A DNA stretch of 64,000 nt from Candidatus Latescibacterota bacterium (GTDB taxonomy: Bacteria > Latescibacterota > UBA2968 > GCA-2709665): assembly GCA_965219455.1 (NCBI GenBank), contig OZ244744.1, positions 3,392,001 through 3,456,000 on the forward strand, read 5' to 3'. Shown one piece after another: positions 1-10,956 of this stretch (positions within the stretch are counted from its first letter, which is position 1; each line of letters opens with the position of its first letter). Position numbers and translations under genes: made by a program. The notes below the pieces were generated by a model that ran no database searches, was not told where the DNA came from, and saw only the letters and a program-made list of their open reading frames with translations.

Positions 1-2
1 TG

Positions 3-800
3 GTCGGCGCCGTCACCTTGGCCGCCGCGGCATCGGGTACGGCATCCAGCGGTCTGGCGCTATTTGCCCGAAACACACGGTCTTCCGCGCGGCCCCTGAT
101 GCGGCTTCTCAAGAACGTCTCGAATATCGACGATCTGGTGGGCCTCACCGCCTTCGGTCTCATATCCTGTCTGGCCGTTCTGCATCCCGGCACATCCACC
201 GTCATCTGGATCGGCATCTCCGTGGGGCTCGGACTCACCGTTGGTCTGCTGGTCGTCGTCCTCACCACCTATCGCCTCAAGGACGAGGAGATGCTTCTGG
301 TCGTCATGGGCGCCATAACCTTCTCCGGGGGGCTGGCACTGTATCTCAGCCTATCTCCTCTCCTCGTCAACCTCATCGCCGGCGTCATTGTCGCGAACAT
401 GGCAAGGGGCCGTGCGAGAGCCGGCATTCGCAACGTGCTCTTGAGGGGCGAACACTCCATCTACATCCTCTTTCTCATCCTGGTGGGCGCGGGATGGCTC
501 ATCGACTCGGTCTGGCTTCTGGCACTGGTGCCCGTCTACGTCCTCGTCCGAACCCTTGGCAAGACCCTTGGCGGCTTCGTTTCCGTTCGCCTCTTTCTGC
601 GGGAGTCGCGAGCGGTGAGCGGATTGGGCCTCGGCCTGCTGTCTCACGGTGGAATGGCCGTGGCCATCGTGGTCAATCTGCACCAGATCCACCGCTCTGA
701 GCTTACCGATGCCGTGATTTCAGTCGTGCTGCCGGGCATCCTCGTCAGCGAACTCATCGCTCCGGCCTCGACCCGCCGCCTGCTGGAAAAAATCTCGTGA
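3..800 (+). CDS. Cation:proton antiporter (CPA2-like), 5'-partial
   Basis: Polytopic hydrophobic ORF open from the window edge; NIDD motif, R..GK..GG and GLGLLSHGG-type motifs of Na+/H+ exchanger family; stop overlaps next start (GTGA). Confidence 0.75.
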   Translation, partial: VGAVTLAAAASGTASSGLALFARNTRSSARPLMRLLKNVSNIDDLVGLTAFGLISCLAVLHPGTSTVIWIGISVGLGLTVGLLVVVLTTYRLKDEEMLLVVMGAITFSGGLALYLSLSPLLVNLIAGVIVANMARGRARAGIRNVLLRGEHSIYILFLILVGAGWLIDSVWLLALVPVYVLVRTLGKTLGGFVSVRLFLRESRAVSGLGLGLLSHGGMAVAIVVNLHQIHRSELTDAVISVVLPGILVSELIAPASTRRLLEKIS

Positions 801-2113
801 GGCTAATTCTCGTTTTTGCGGCCCTGAGTTTGCTCATGGCTTGGGCCGGAGCAACCCCTTCCGGCGACGCTCCCGGGGCTTACACTACCCTTGTTGTGGG
901 GCTGCTTCTGCTCTCTGGCCATGTGGCTGGCCATGTCCTTTCCAGGCTGCGCCTGCCACGGATCACCGGATACCTCTGCGTGGGCATGCTCACGGGACCG
1001 TATCTTTTGGGTTTCCTCACGAGAGAAGCCGTCGGCCAACTCGGCTTTCTGAACGAACTGGCGGTTACCTTCATCGCACTGGCGGCAGGCGGCGAACTGC
1101 GGGTTGCCGATCTGAAGGACCGGATGAAAGTCATCCTCCTTACGATACTTTCGCTCACAGCCATCGTCTTTTCCATTGTCACCGTGTTCGTTTGGTTTAC
1201 GCGATCACTGCTTCCGTTCACCGCCGCCTTTTCGAGTCTCCAGGTGCTGGCGGTGGGCATGCTCTTCGGGGTACTTGCCGTAGCGCGGTCGCCGTCCAGC
1301 GCTATCGCCATTATCAACGAAACCCGGGCACTGGGTCCCTTCACGGAGACCGCACTCGGCGTCACCGTGGCGCTGGATGTCCTCGTGATCGTACTCTTTG
1401 GCGCAGCGATTTCCTTCTGTGAGGTCGTGATGACTCCCGCGGCCGCCCTGGATCCCGGATTCATCGCCGGCCTGAGTGTCGAAGTCCTCCTGGGTATCGG
1501 TGCGGGCGTGGTCGTGGGCCTGGCGCTGGGTTATTATATTGATCGGGTGCGGGCGAATCTCCCGCTTCTGCTGCTGGGCACGGCCCTGATGGTAACCAGC
1601 ATCTCCCACGGCGTTCCCGCATATCTGAAAGAGTCTTTTAACCTCACGATTCACCTGGAACCCCTGCTGATCTGCGTTACCGCGGGCTTCACCGTGCAGA
1701 ACGTCTCCCGACAGGGTCCTCATTTCATAGAAGCGATCGAGTCCGTGAGCCTTCCCGTGTACGTGCTCTTTTTCACGCTGGCGGGAGCGGGCCTGAACCT
1801 GGACGCGCTGATGCAGACCTGGACCATCGCGCTTCTGCTCGTCGGCGTCAGAGCCGCCGCCATCTACGTGAGCGCGTACGCCGGCGGGCGCCTCGGCGGC
1901 GCCCCGCCGCGCTTCAACCGTATTGCGGGTATGGCCTATCTGACGCAGGCCGGCGTCAGCCTGGGACTGGCCCTGGAGGTCACCCGGCGCTTTCCGGGCT
2001 GGGGAGAGGCTTTCGTGACCGTGATCGTCGCGGTTATCGCCGTGAATCAGATGATCGGCCCCATCGCGATGAAACAGGCGCTGACCCGCGCCGGTGAGAC
2101 CCGTGAAATCTGA
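797..2113 (+). CDS. Cation:proton antiporter (CPA2-like)
   Basis: 438 aa polytopic; LPRITGYL..G...GP, IAL.AGGEL, ARSP, LDV, TQAGV motifs typical of Na_H_Exchanger; paired with upstream antiporter. Confidence 0.8.
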   Translation: MRLILVFAALSLLMAWAGATPSGDAPGAYTTLVVGLLLLSGHVAGHVLSRLRLPRITGYLCVGMLTGPYLLGFLTREAVGQLGFLNELAVTFIALAAGGELRVADLKDRMKVILLTILSLTAIVFSIVTVFVWFTRSLLPFTAAFSSLQVLAVGMLFGVLAVARSPSSAIAIINETRALGPFTETALGVTVALDVLVIVLFGAAISFCEVVMTPAAALDPGFIAGLSVEVLLGIGAGVVVGLALGYYIDRVRANLPLLLLGTALMVTSISHGVPAYLKESFNLTIHLEPLLICVTAGFTVQNVSRQGPHFIEAIESVSLPVYVLFFTLAGAGLNLDALMQTWTIALLLVGVRAAAIYVSAYAGGRLGGAPPRFNRIAGMAYLTQAGVSLGLALEVTRRFPGWGEAFVTVIVAVIAVNQMIGPIAMKQALTRAGETREI

Positions 2114-2399
2114 TCATCAATGATGTTCGACAACGCTGCTCGCCATCACTGGCGAGAGCCGGAGTGCGCGGGTTCCCGTTGTGAGACCAGCCTTACACCG
2201 CGCGGGACCGACTAACCATTTCCAACGTTAGATAATTCCTCATCATTTAACTTGCCGTACTCCCGTAATGGTTTACATTGACGTATAATGGTTGATGTTA
2301 AAATAATGAAGGCTTTCGCGACGAATTGGCGCGATTTTTCCGGAAAGGCATCTCCCGGAGAAAATTAGCGCTGTAAGGAAATGGAAGGAAAATTACCGC

Positions 2400-3970
2400 A
2401 TGTCTGAAGAGGGAAAACAGCAGCCGCCGGCGGATGTCCGGCAATACCGCAGGCTGTTCGGGCTGGAAATCTATCTGACGCCAGTGTTTGTGATTTCCAG
2501 TATTACCATTGTCGCCTTTGTTTTCGTGGCTCTTGTTTTCCAGGAAGCCGCGACGGAAGTTTTCAAGGCGGCCCGCGTATGGCTTACCACGAGTCTGGAT
2601 TGGTTTTTCATTATCTCCGCCAACCTCATCCTGTTGTTCTGCCTCTATGTCGCCATATGCTTGGAAGGGTGCGTCTGGGAGGGGCTCACGCGAAACCGGA
2701 ATACTCGAATTCGACCTGGCTTGCCATGCTCTTCGCGGCGGGCGTGGGCATCGGACTGTTGTTTTTCGGGGTGGCGGAGCCGGTCTACTACTTCAAGAAC
2801 CCTCCGCTGGGCATCGCTCCGGGAACAGACGAGGCCGCCATCACCGGTATCGCCGCCACGGCGTTTCACTGGGGCCTCCACGGCTGGGCGATCTACGGCG
2901 TCGTGGGACTCGCGCTCGGCTACTTCGCGTACAACCGCGGGTTGCCGTTCACGATCCGCTCGGCTTTCTATCCCCTTTTGGGCGACCGCGTCTGGGGCTG
3001 GCCGGGACACGTCATCGACACCTTTGCCATATTTGCGGGGTTGTTCGGGCTTGCCACCTCCCTCGGCCTGGGGGTTCGGCAGGTAACGTCAGGGTTCAAC
3101 TATCTGTTCGATATTCCCGCGAACAACACGACCATGGTGGTCTTGATCGTCGTCATCACGTCCATCGCGCTGACATCGGTGCTGACCGGTATCGACGTGG
3201 GTATCAAGCGTCTGAGCCAGTTCAACGTCATTCTCGCGCTTCTGTTGCTGCTGGCCGTGATTCTGCTTGGCCCGACCGGTTACACATTCCGCTGTATCGT
3301 TGCCGGACTTGGCAGCTACGTGGTGAACTTAGGCCCCCTCAGCAACTGGATCGGGCGCGAGGATACCGGTTTCGTTCAGGACTGGACCACCTTCTATTTT
3401 GCGTGGTGGTTTGCATGGGCGCCGTTCGTGGGAACGTTTATCGCCCGCGTTTCAAAGGGGCGCACGGTTCGCGAATTCGTTGTCGTCGTGTTGCTTGTGC
3501 CCACACTGCTGTGTCTGTTGTGGTTCGGCGCCTTTGGCGGTACCGCGTTCCACCAGCACATTGTAGATGGATATGAGGGTGTCACCGGGAATGTCGAGGC
3601 ATGGAAGCTCGAAATCGCACTGTTTAAAATGCTTGACAAATTGCCGATGTCGACGCTGCTTTCGTCCGTCGCGATACTTCTGACCATCGTCTTTTTCGTG
3701 ACGTCGTCGGACTCCGGGTCGCTCATTATCGACACCATTGCGGCCGGCGGCCGGGTTGACGCGCCGGTGGCACAGCGCGTTTTCTGGTGTACAATCGAGG
3801 GGTTGGTGGCGATCGCGCTCCTGCTTGGCGGAGGATTGGAGGCGTTGCAGGCCGCCTCCCTGGCAACCGGTTTGCCGTTCGCCATTGTCCTGGTGGCAAT
3901 GGCGGTCTGCCTCTGGAAAGGACTCCGGGACGAAACGCACCGAGAAAAAATCGCCAATGGGCGGATGTGA
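2400..3970 (+). pseudogene. BCCT family (betaine/carnitine/choline) transporter, frameshifted near 2655-2662
   Basis: N-terminus (PVFVISS...LDWFF) in the 2400 frame; remainder (LGRVRLGG..KPEYS..W.AMLF.AG.GIG, FHWGLHGW, WWFAWAPFVG.FIARVSKGRT.REF) in the 2579 frame. May be a sequencing indel. Confidence 0.85.
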
Positions 3971-4040
3971 ATGCCGTGCCCGAGGTAAGAGAAACAGGCC
4001 GATATCAAGGTGCGCCTGAATCGACAAAGGAGAAAATCCT

Positions 4041-7000
4041 ATGAGTTTCCGAGGTACGTACATTTCGTTTCTGATATGCGCGGCAACGCTTCTCCACGCG
4101 CATACGGTAGTGGGACAGACGAAGGGTACCGTTGCGGGCACCGTGGTCGACATGGAGAGCGGGGACCCGTTGGAAGGCGCAAACGTTTCTATCGCAATCC
4201 TGAACCTCGGCACCGCGTCGGACGCGCAGGGCCGGTTTACCATCCTCAACGTGCCGCCCGGCGCCCACGAACTTAGGGTGGACCTGATCGGCTACCCGCC
4301 GGTAACGCGCGCGATCACCGTGACCGCCGGAGCGACGCTGACCGTCACGTTGCAGATGGAACTTACCATGCTCTACATGGACGAACTGGTGGTGACCGGC
4401 ACGGCCTTCAAGGAATCCCCCATCAACCTGCCCTACGCGGTTGCCGTGGTCGGGCGGGTAAAAATGGCCGAGCAGGGCTCTCCGCAGGCCGTGGATTTTT
4501 TCAAAAACCTGGGCGCGAGCCACGGCGTGATCGGCGAGCGGAGCAGCTGGTACAACGCCGGCCAGGCCGCCACCCTTACGGAGAGCATCGCTAACGTCAA
4601 CCTGCGGGGGCTCGGGGCTTCGCGCACCCTGGTGCTGATCAACAGCCGCCGCCAGACCTACGTCCCCGCGCGCCTGATCGGCGGTCGCTTTGTGGATGTC
4701 AATGTGATCCCCTCCATCGCCATTGACCGGGTCGAAGTGCTCAAGGAGGGGGCCTCCGCCATTTACGGGTCGGATGCGGTGGCCGGCGTGGCCAATTTCC
4801 TTACGCGCAGCGACTTCGAGGGCTTTGAAGTCTCCGCCGCGCACGAATATTTCCCGGGCGCCGGCGATACCAACGGCGGTGCGATATGGGGTGGGAAACT
4901 CGGCGAAGCCCATGCGGTTGTTTCCGCGGAATGGCGTGGACGGCAAGCGTTGCCGGCCTCCGAAAGGGACTACCTGCTGCAGCCGTGGCACGGCGGCGGG
5001 CAGCGCCTGGGATGGTCGAGCCTGGGGAATCCCGGTACCTTCGCCATCGGGGCTCCCGCCCCGTGGACCGCCGCGATCCACGCGCCGCGCTGCGAGGAAT
5101 TCGGGGGCTTCCGGGAGTCCTGGACGTGCCGTTTCCGCTATCAGCAGTATGAGAATCTGATCGAGGACATGAGCCATACCCGCGCTTTCGCCGAGATCAA
5201 CGGTTCGCTGGACAATGGTACGGAGTATCACATCGAGGGCCTGTGGGCCATGGCCGAAATTGCCGATTGGTACACCACGCCCTCCTATCCCCCGTTCCCC
5301 CTGACGGACACGAGTATCCAGGAAGTCGCGCCCGACCACCCGGGCCGGGGGGCATTCTGCCACGACTACGGCGCCGATCCGTCCGACCCATACTACGAGG
5401 CGTGCCAGGGCGGCGAGAACTGGTATTTCAACGGTCGTCCGTTCGGAAACTCGGGCCCCGGGCGCACACTGGACCGCGACTCCCGCACGTTGCGATTGGC
5501 GGTCTCCGCGAATGGCGACTTCGAGGCATTCGGCGGGCGGGACGCGCAATTCGACGTGGGCCTGACCTATTCCCGCACCGAGGGCAACTACAACCTGCCG
5601 GGTGTGTACATCGAGCGGCTTTTCCTCGGCTTCCGGGGCTTCGGGGGGCCGCGTTGCGGCGTCGGCGTGGAGGCGGATCGCAGTTCCCTCGCCGGGATGC
5701 GGCTGGGCTCGCTCAGCGGCCAGGTGGCGGGTCAGGGTGACTGCCAGTACTACAATCCCTTCGGCAACGCCATCGAGTTCGCGGATCAACATGGTTCGCA
5801 ATATACAACGCAGGCGAATCCCGACTACCGCGCCGCCCTTGCCAACAGCCCCGAATTGCGGCAGTGGCTCAACCAGGAAGTCGATCTGCAAAGCGCAGCC
5901 GACCTGCTGGTCGCCGACGCGACGCTGACCGGAACCTGGGTCGAGGACGTCGTCAGTTACGCGGCGGGCTACCAGTTCCGTCAGTTCAATGCCAGCGGCG
6001 ATCCGAACGACGCCGGTGACGTGACCATCAACCCCTGTCCGGTTGTGGGCGACAATAACTGTTCAGCAGAGGACAGGTTCGGGCCCTACGCGTTCACCAA
6101 CGTGAATCGGCCTTATGATGAATCTCAGACGGTGCATCGCCTCTTTGCCGAGATTCCCCTGAGCCTGCAAGAGCGTTTTGACGTGCAACTCGCCGCCAAC
6201 TACGAGTTCCACGACGTGGCGAGCAGTTTCGATCCCAAGTTCGGGTGGCGCTATCAGCTGGTGGAATCCCCGGCCCAGTCCCTGTTCCTGCGCGGTTCGG
6301 TACAGACGACGTTCCGCACGCCGGCACTTGACGACGTGAATGAAAGCCCGCTTTCGACGCTCGAGTGGATCAATGAGACGGGCGCCTACCAGACGGTGGA
6401 CAGAATCGGGAGCAAGGATCTCAAACCCGAACGGGCGTTTACCTATAACGCGGGCCTCGCCCTGATCACGGAGGCGGGATTTGAAGCGACACTCGACTAC
6501 TGGAGTTACAATTTCAGCGATGTGATCGGTTCCATGCCCCACGGCGCCATTACCGCCTTGTACGCCGATGAAGCGAACAAGAACGCCCTGAAGCAATTCA
6601 TCGTCTGCCCGGACGGAATAGGTACCGGCACGTGCGCGGCCTCGGAACTCGAGCGGGTGCAAGTCGACGTCGTCAATTGGCCGGGGGTCAAGACCTCGGG
6701 GCTCGATTTGCATCTGGGCACGCGGACGCAGGCGGGAACGGGGAAATTTGCGGCGAGCCTGGACGGCACCTATACGCTGGCGTACGAGACAAAGGCCCTG
6801 ATGCACGGCAGCCTGGTGCTCCAGGAGGAGGCGGACGTCGCCGGCTACCTGAACTTCGGAAATCCGATCGCGACGTCGCTTCCCAAGTTCAAAGCCCGGA
6901 TATCGGGCACCTATTACTGGCAGGACTACAGTGTCGCGAGCTATCTGAACTACATATCGTCATACGAGGACCGGGGTTCGATGGGCTCCGATAATTCGCA

Positions 7001-7217
7001 GATCAAGAGTCTGTTCGGTACCATTGAATCGTTTGTCACCTGGGACGTGACTTTCCTGTGGAACATGCCCAACGGGATGAACATCGCGTTTTCCGGGATG
7101 AATCTGCTCGACACAATGCCTCCACTCGTGAACATCGAGCAGGCCTACGACGGCTTCACCCACGATCCCAAGGGACGGCGTCTAAAGCTGGCGGTAACCT
7201 ATACCCTCGGACAGTGA
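4041..7217 (+). CDS. TonB-dependent outer-membrane receptor with N-terminal carboxypeptidase-regulatory-like domain
   Basis: Signal peptide; G.V.G.V.D...G.PL.GANV domain; plug motifs NLRGLG..RTLVLIN and IDRVEVLKEGASAIYGSDAVAGV.NF; beta-barrel-like C-terminus. Confidence 0.92.
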   Translation: MSFRGTYISFLICAATLLHAHTVVGQTKGTVAGTVVDMESGDPLEGANVSIAILNLGTASDAQGRFTILNVPPGAHELRVDLIGYPPVTRAITVTAGATLTVTLQMELTMLYMDELVVTGTAFKESPINLPYAVAVVGRVKMAEQGSPQAVDFFKNLGASHGVIGERSSWYNAGQAATLTESIANVNLRGLGASRTLVLINSRRQTYVPARLIGGRFVDVNVIPSIAIDRVEVLKEGASAIYGSDAVAGVANFLTRSDFEGFEVSAAHEYFPGAGDTNGGAIWGGKLGEAHAVVSAEWRGRQALPASERDYLLQPWHGGGQRLGWSSLGNPGTFAIGAPAPWTAAIHAPRCEEFGGFRESWTCRFRYQQYENLIEDMSHTRAFAEINGSLDNGTEYHIEGLWAMAEIADWYTTPSYPPFPLTDTSIQEVAPDHPGRGAFCHDYGADPSDPYYEACQGGENWYFNGRPFGNSGPGRTLDRDSRTLRLAVSANGDFEAFGGRDAQFDVGLTYSRTEGNYNLPGVYIERLFLGFRGFGGPRCGVGVEADRSSLAGMRLGSLSGQVAGQGDCQYYNPFGNAIEFADQHGSQYTTQANPDYRAALANSPELRQWLNQEVDLQSAADLLVADATLTGTWVEDVVSYAAGYQFRQFNASGDPNDAGDVTINPCPVVGDNNCSAEDRFGPYAFTNVNRPYDESQTVHRLFAEIPLSLQERFDVQLAANYEFHDVASSFDPKFGWRYQLVESPAQSLFLRGSVQTTFRTPALDDVNESPLSTLEWINETGAYQTVDRIGSKDLKPERAFTYNAGLALITEAGFEATLDYWSYNFSDVIGSMPHGAITALYADEANKNALKQFIVCPDGIGTGTCAASELERVQVDVVNWPGVKTSGLDLHLGTRTQAGTGKFAASLDGTYTLAYETKALMHGSLVLQEEADVAGYLNFGNPIATSLPKFKARISGTYYWQDYSVASYLNYISSYEDRGSMGSDNSQIKSLFGTIESFVTWDVTFLWNMPNGMNIAFSGMNLLDTMPPLVNIEQAYDGFTHDPKGRRLKLAVTYTLGQ

Positions 7218-7245
7218 CAGCCCGTTTTTGAAAACGAATTTGAAG

Positions 7246-7276
7246 AAGGCATCCGTGAGTCTGGCGGATGCCTTTT
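7246..7276 (+). terminator. Rho-independent terminator after TonB receptor
   Basis: AAGGCATCCG-N9-CGGATGCCTT hairpin followed by T residues about 30 nt after the stop codon. Confidence 0.7.
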
Positions 7277-7474
7277 CCATTGTGGTTGCGCAGCCAATGA
7301 ACCCATACTGCCGCGGCCCAGGAAAGCGTTGCAATCTCAATTCTCGAACGGCATATTAACGACGTTCGCGCGGCGCCGCGAAACAATTCGAGGACCGGGA
7401 CCCCGGATTCTCTCCGGCCCGGGAACAGGCGGCCCGCCTCCGCCGCGTCCGTTTCCACGTCACCGGAAAATTAC

Positions 7475-7969
7475 ATGAACAAACGCGAAGACTATCTCTC
7501 GTGGGACGAGTATTTCATGGGCGTTGCGCTGCTTTCCGCCCTGAGAAGCAAGGACCCCAACACCCGCGTGGGCGCGTGCATCATCAACGAAAAAAAGAAA
7601 ATCGTGGGCATCGGCTACAACGGCCTGCCCATCGGTTGCTCGGACGACGAGTATCCGTGGGCAAGAGAGGGCGACTTTCTCAATACCAAGTACCCGTACA
7701 TCTGCCACGCCGAACTCAACGCGATCCTGAACAAGATCGACACGAACCTCTACAACTGCACGATCTACGTCACCCACTTTCCCTGCAACGAATGCGCCAA
7801 AGTCATCATTCAATCGGGCATACGGGAAGTCATCTACCTGGCGGACAAATACGCCGAGACCGACGCCGTCCGAGCCTCCAAACGCATGTTCAACAGCGCC
7901 GGCGTGGACTACCGCCAACTCACCGGGTACCGCGAACACCTGCACATCGAATTCAGAGACCTGGCCTGA
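7475..7969 (+). CDS. dCMP deaminase (ComEB/dCMP deaminase family)
   Basis: SWDEYFM..A.L.A.RSKDP.T.VGACI, HAE.NAI and PC..C zinc motifs. Confidence 0.93.
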   Translation: MNKREDYLSWDEYFMGVALLSALRSKDPNTRVGACIINEKKKIVGIGYNGLPIGCSDDEYPWAREGDFLNTKYPYICHAELNAILNKIDTNLYNCTIYVTHFPCNECAKVIIQSGIREVIYLADKYAETDAVRASKRMFNSAGVDYRQLTGYREHLHIEFRDLA

Positions 7970-7981
7970 AAGGAATCCGTT

Positions 7982-8818
7982 ATGACCGCCGGCGAAACCT
8001 GGCTGCCCGAGGGATCGGACCTTAAAACCGTCACCTCAAGGTACGGCAATCCGCTCAGCGCCCTGTCAAGGGCCGAGATACCGGCCATTCTTCTGCAGCA
8101 GGCCTACAACCCTGACCACTGCGCGGGCCTCATCCGCCGTTTCATAGATCGGGGCCTGATGCGGGATCCGGCGGACACGGAATCCGACGACACGCGCACC
8201 CGTATCGACATCGGCACCAGCCTGGGCAACCGGGGCAACGACCAGGAAGATTTTCTTCAACACGCCGCCCTGACACGGGACCTTTTTGGACATCTCTTCG
8301 ACGGTTTCGACAACCCCGTCGATGTCATTTATGACAGCCTCGCTGCCCTCGCCGGGCGCAAACGGGTCGTCACGGCGCGCGAACCGGACGGGCGCGTCTA
8401 CGGACCCGCCATCTTCCGCATCCACTACACCCATCACACCTACCAGCCGCACATTGACCACGTCAGCTTGCGTGAAAAGCGGTTCAATTACGCGGTCTCC
8501 CGGTTCGAGCACCAGTTCGCCGGCGTGCTCTGCTTTCAGAACGCGGCCCAGGCCGGCCCCGCAACCCAGGCCATCCTGCATCGCTGCCTGTGGACGGAAG
8601 ACGTCGAATCCCACGTCGCCGCAAATGCCTTTCACGAATACGCCCGGCAGAACCACATTGAAAACTACCGCGTCGACCTCGAGCCGGGCGACCTCTACTT
8701 CTTCAACACCCGCTGCATCCACGAGGTCCACGCGGTCGAGGGAACCGACCCCAGAATCGTGCTGGCCGTCTTCATCGGCTATTCCGAAGATGACGGCGAG
8801 GTCTACGTCTGGTCGTAG
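7982..8818 (+). CDS. Putative 2OG-Fe(II) oxygenase-fold protein
   Basis: H.D (PHID), distal H (IHEV), PGDLYFFN and R.VL motif typical of the DSBH facial triad. Confidence 0.65.
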   Translation: MTAGETWLPEGSDLKTVTSRYGNPLSALSRAEIPAILLQQAYNPDHCAGLIRRFIDRGLMRDPADTESDDTRTRIDIGTSLGNRGNDQEDFLQHAALTRDLFGHLFDGFDNPVDVIYDSLAALAGRKRVVTAREPDGRVYGPAIFRIHYTHHTYQPHIDHVSLREKRFNYAVSRFEHQFAGVLCFQNAAQAGPATQAILHRCLWTEDVESHVAANAFHEYARQNHIENYRVDLEPGDLYFFNTRCIHEVHAVEGTDPRIVLAVFIGYSEDDGEVYVWS

Positions 8819-8884
8819 TGCTCTGTCGCGTCCACTCGCTGTTGCCTGATACGAAACCGAGGTCGGATCCCAGGAGTCGCCGAC

Positions 8885-10270
8885 ATGCCGGAATCCGTGT
8901 ACCAGGGAACGCTCCTGCCTGAACTTCCTGCGCTCGACGACGTCCGGTCCGTCCTGCCCGACTACCGCGCCATGCTGCTCGCGGTGATGGCCGCCATCGC
9001 CGATCGGTACGATCGCAATCCCGACTACCCCTTCATCGACACCAAGCTGGATCTCATTACCGGAGAGGACTTCGCCGCGGACGATCCCCTGAAGGGCCCG
9101 AACGCGGTCTATGGCTGGATTCAGGGGCGCGGTCTCGAATCCCTGGCCGGTCACTGCCTCTGGATGCGTCGCCACAACCTGGAGGCGGATCTCCGGCGCC
9201 GCCTGGAACGCATCGCGGCCGACGTGCTCGCGAAGCTGCTTGAAATCCGCGCCCGAAACGCCGGCCGCCTTGCCTTTTTCATGTCCCCGCAGGGGAACCC
9301 GTTCACACTTGACGAGGAAGGCAAGACCCGGCCGTTGACGCTCACGAAGAAATCGAGCTACGGATTCAGCGACCTGTTCAGCGCCAAGGGCATGGTTGCG
9401 GCGGCACGATACCTTGCGTTGCGGGATGCCGAAACCGAAGCCATGGACTACTGCCGCCGCGTGGACGCAGCCATTCACGAGGGCCGTTTCACCACCGACC
9501 AGATTTCGCTGGATCCCAGGAATCCCGCGGGACCCCGACCGGGCCGCCACCCCCATGGAGCATTCATGATTCAGATCGGCGCCGCGGCCCTGTTGGCAGA
9601 ATACGGCATTCCCGAAAGCGTGGAGATGGGTCTGCGCCTCATCCGTCACGAATTGGAGACCTACGTCAACCTGAACGGGCGGGTGTCCGGACTCCCGGAG
9701 TACGACTTCTGGGAAGCCGTGGACGACGACGGCCGGCCCTACGAGGAGAACGGAAATATTCTCTCCGATCCGGGCCACGTCCTCGAATTTATCGGCCTGA
9801 CGCTGAAATTCATCTCGGCCGTCAGGGAAAAAGCGCTGGCAGGTACCGAACAACGGAAGGAAATCGCCGGCGTCGAAGCCCATATGCCCGCTCTGCTCGA
9901 ACATACCTTTGCCGGGGGTTTCCAACCCGGCCCCGGCGGCATCTGCAAGGTATTCGACCTGGTCTCCCGCACGCCCTCCAATACCGACATGCCGTGGTGG
10001 AACCTCCCCGAGACGTTACGCGCCGCCGCGTATTGCGTTTCGATAGCCCGTTCCGCCGCACACCGGCAGAAAGCCCTTGGCATATTCAGCGCCTGCCACA
10101 ACGCTTTTACACGGCACTTTGTCCGCCCGGACCTCCATTTGATGGCGTATCAGACCCGCGCTGAGACCGGGCGGGTCATACCGGTCATTCCCGCCACCGC
10201 GGATGCCGATCCCGGATACCACACCGGTCTGAGCATCATCGACGTGCTCGAAGTCTTCGAAAACGCGTAA
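8885..10270 (+). CDS. AGE (N-acylglucosamine 2-epimerase)-like protein
   Basis: W.QGR, FSDLF, HPH..M, DPGH.LEF, WW..PE.L and terminal GYH motifs of the AGE (alpha/alpha)6 barrel family. Confidence 0.7.
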   Translation: MPESVYQGTLLPELPALDDVRSVLPDYRAMLLAVMAAIADRYDRNPDYPFIDTKLDLITGEDFAADDPLKGPNAVYGWIQGRGLESLAGHCLWMRRHNLEADLRRRLERIAADVLAKLLEIRARNAGRLAFFMSPQGNPFTLDEEGKTRPLTLTKKSSYGFSDLFSAKGMVAAARYLALRDAETEAMDYCRRVDAAIHEGRFTTDQISLDPRNPAGPRPGRHPHGAFMIQIGAAALLAEYGIPESVEMGLRLIRHELETYVNLNGRVSGLPEYDFWEAVDDDGRPYEENGNILSDPGHVLEFIGLTLKFISAVREKALAGTEQRKEIAGVEAHMPALLEHTFAGGFQPGPGGICKVFDLVSRTPSNTDMPWWNLPETLRAAAYCVSIARSAAHRQKALGIFSACHNAFTRHFVRPDLHLMAYQTRAETGRVIPVIPATADADPGYHTGLSIIDVLEVFENA

Positions 10271-10293
10271 CCGTCCGTGTGTTTCAGGTAGCC

Positions 10294-10956
10294 ATGCGCC
10301 TCGAGATCAAAAAACTTTCACTCCGGTACGGCACAAAAAAACCGCTGTTTCAACGGGTGGACCTTACCGTTGACAGCGGTGATTTCATCCTTATCCACGG
10401 CCCGTCGGGAAGCGGCAAATCCAGCCTTCTCCGGCTGCCCAACCGGCTACAGGAACCGTCCTCGGGCGACATCATCCTGGACGGCATACCGGTGGCGCTC
10501 CATAACGTCACCGAACTGCGGAGAACGGTCGGTTACGTCCAGCAAACGCCAGCAATGGTCGGCGGGGCCGTGCGTAACAACCTGACCCTGTCGTTCGCGT
10601 TCAAAGCCGGACGGGACAGGCAATTGCCGGACGATGACCGGCTCCGAGTCCTTCTGGACGATTTCCTGCTTCAGGACATGGACCTCGACGACGACGCGGA
10701 AACCCTTTCCGTGGGCCAGAAACAGCGGATAGCCCTCATCCGTACGCTGCTGTCCGAACCCCGCTTCCTCCTCTGCGACGAACCCACCTCCGCCCTCGAT
10801 CCCGAGTCCAAATCCGTCGTCGAAACCTGGCTGGAACGCCTCGCGCTGGAACAGAACATCGGCATTGTCCAGGTCACGCATGGGGACTTCACGCCAGATC
10901 GGGTCAGCCCCCGGCGCTACCGGCTCGACGGCGATCTTCAGGAGGTCTCCGCTTGA
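10294..10956 (+). CDS. fetA: ABC transporter ATP-binding protein (FetA/YbbL-like)
   Basis: Walker A GPSGSGKS, signature LSVGQKQR, Walker B LCDEPTSALD; coupled to a FetB-like permease. Confidence 0.75.
   Translation: MRLEIKKLSLRYGTKKPLFQRVDLTVDSGDFILIHGPSGSGKSSLLRLPNRLQEPSSGDIILDGIPVALHNVTELRRTVGYVQQTPAMVGGAVRNNLTLSFAFKAGRDRQLPDDDRLRVLLDDFLLQDMDLDDDAETLSVGQKQRIALIRTLLSEPRFLLCDEPTSALDPESKSVVETWLERLALEQNIGIVQVTHGDFTPDRVSPRRYRLDGDLQEVSA

Noticed and set aside
4005-5891. 628-aa minus-strand ORF (also 8066..9925, 34982..36208, 53707..54915, 56349..57446)
   Set aside because: Antisense shadows of well-supported genes in high-GC DNA; no family motifs.
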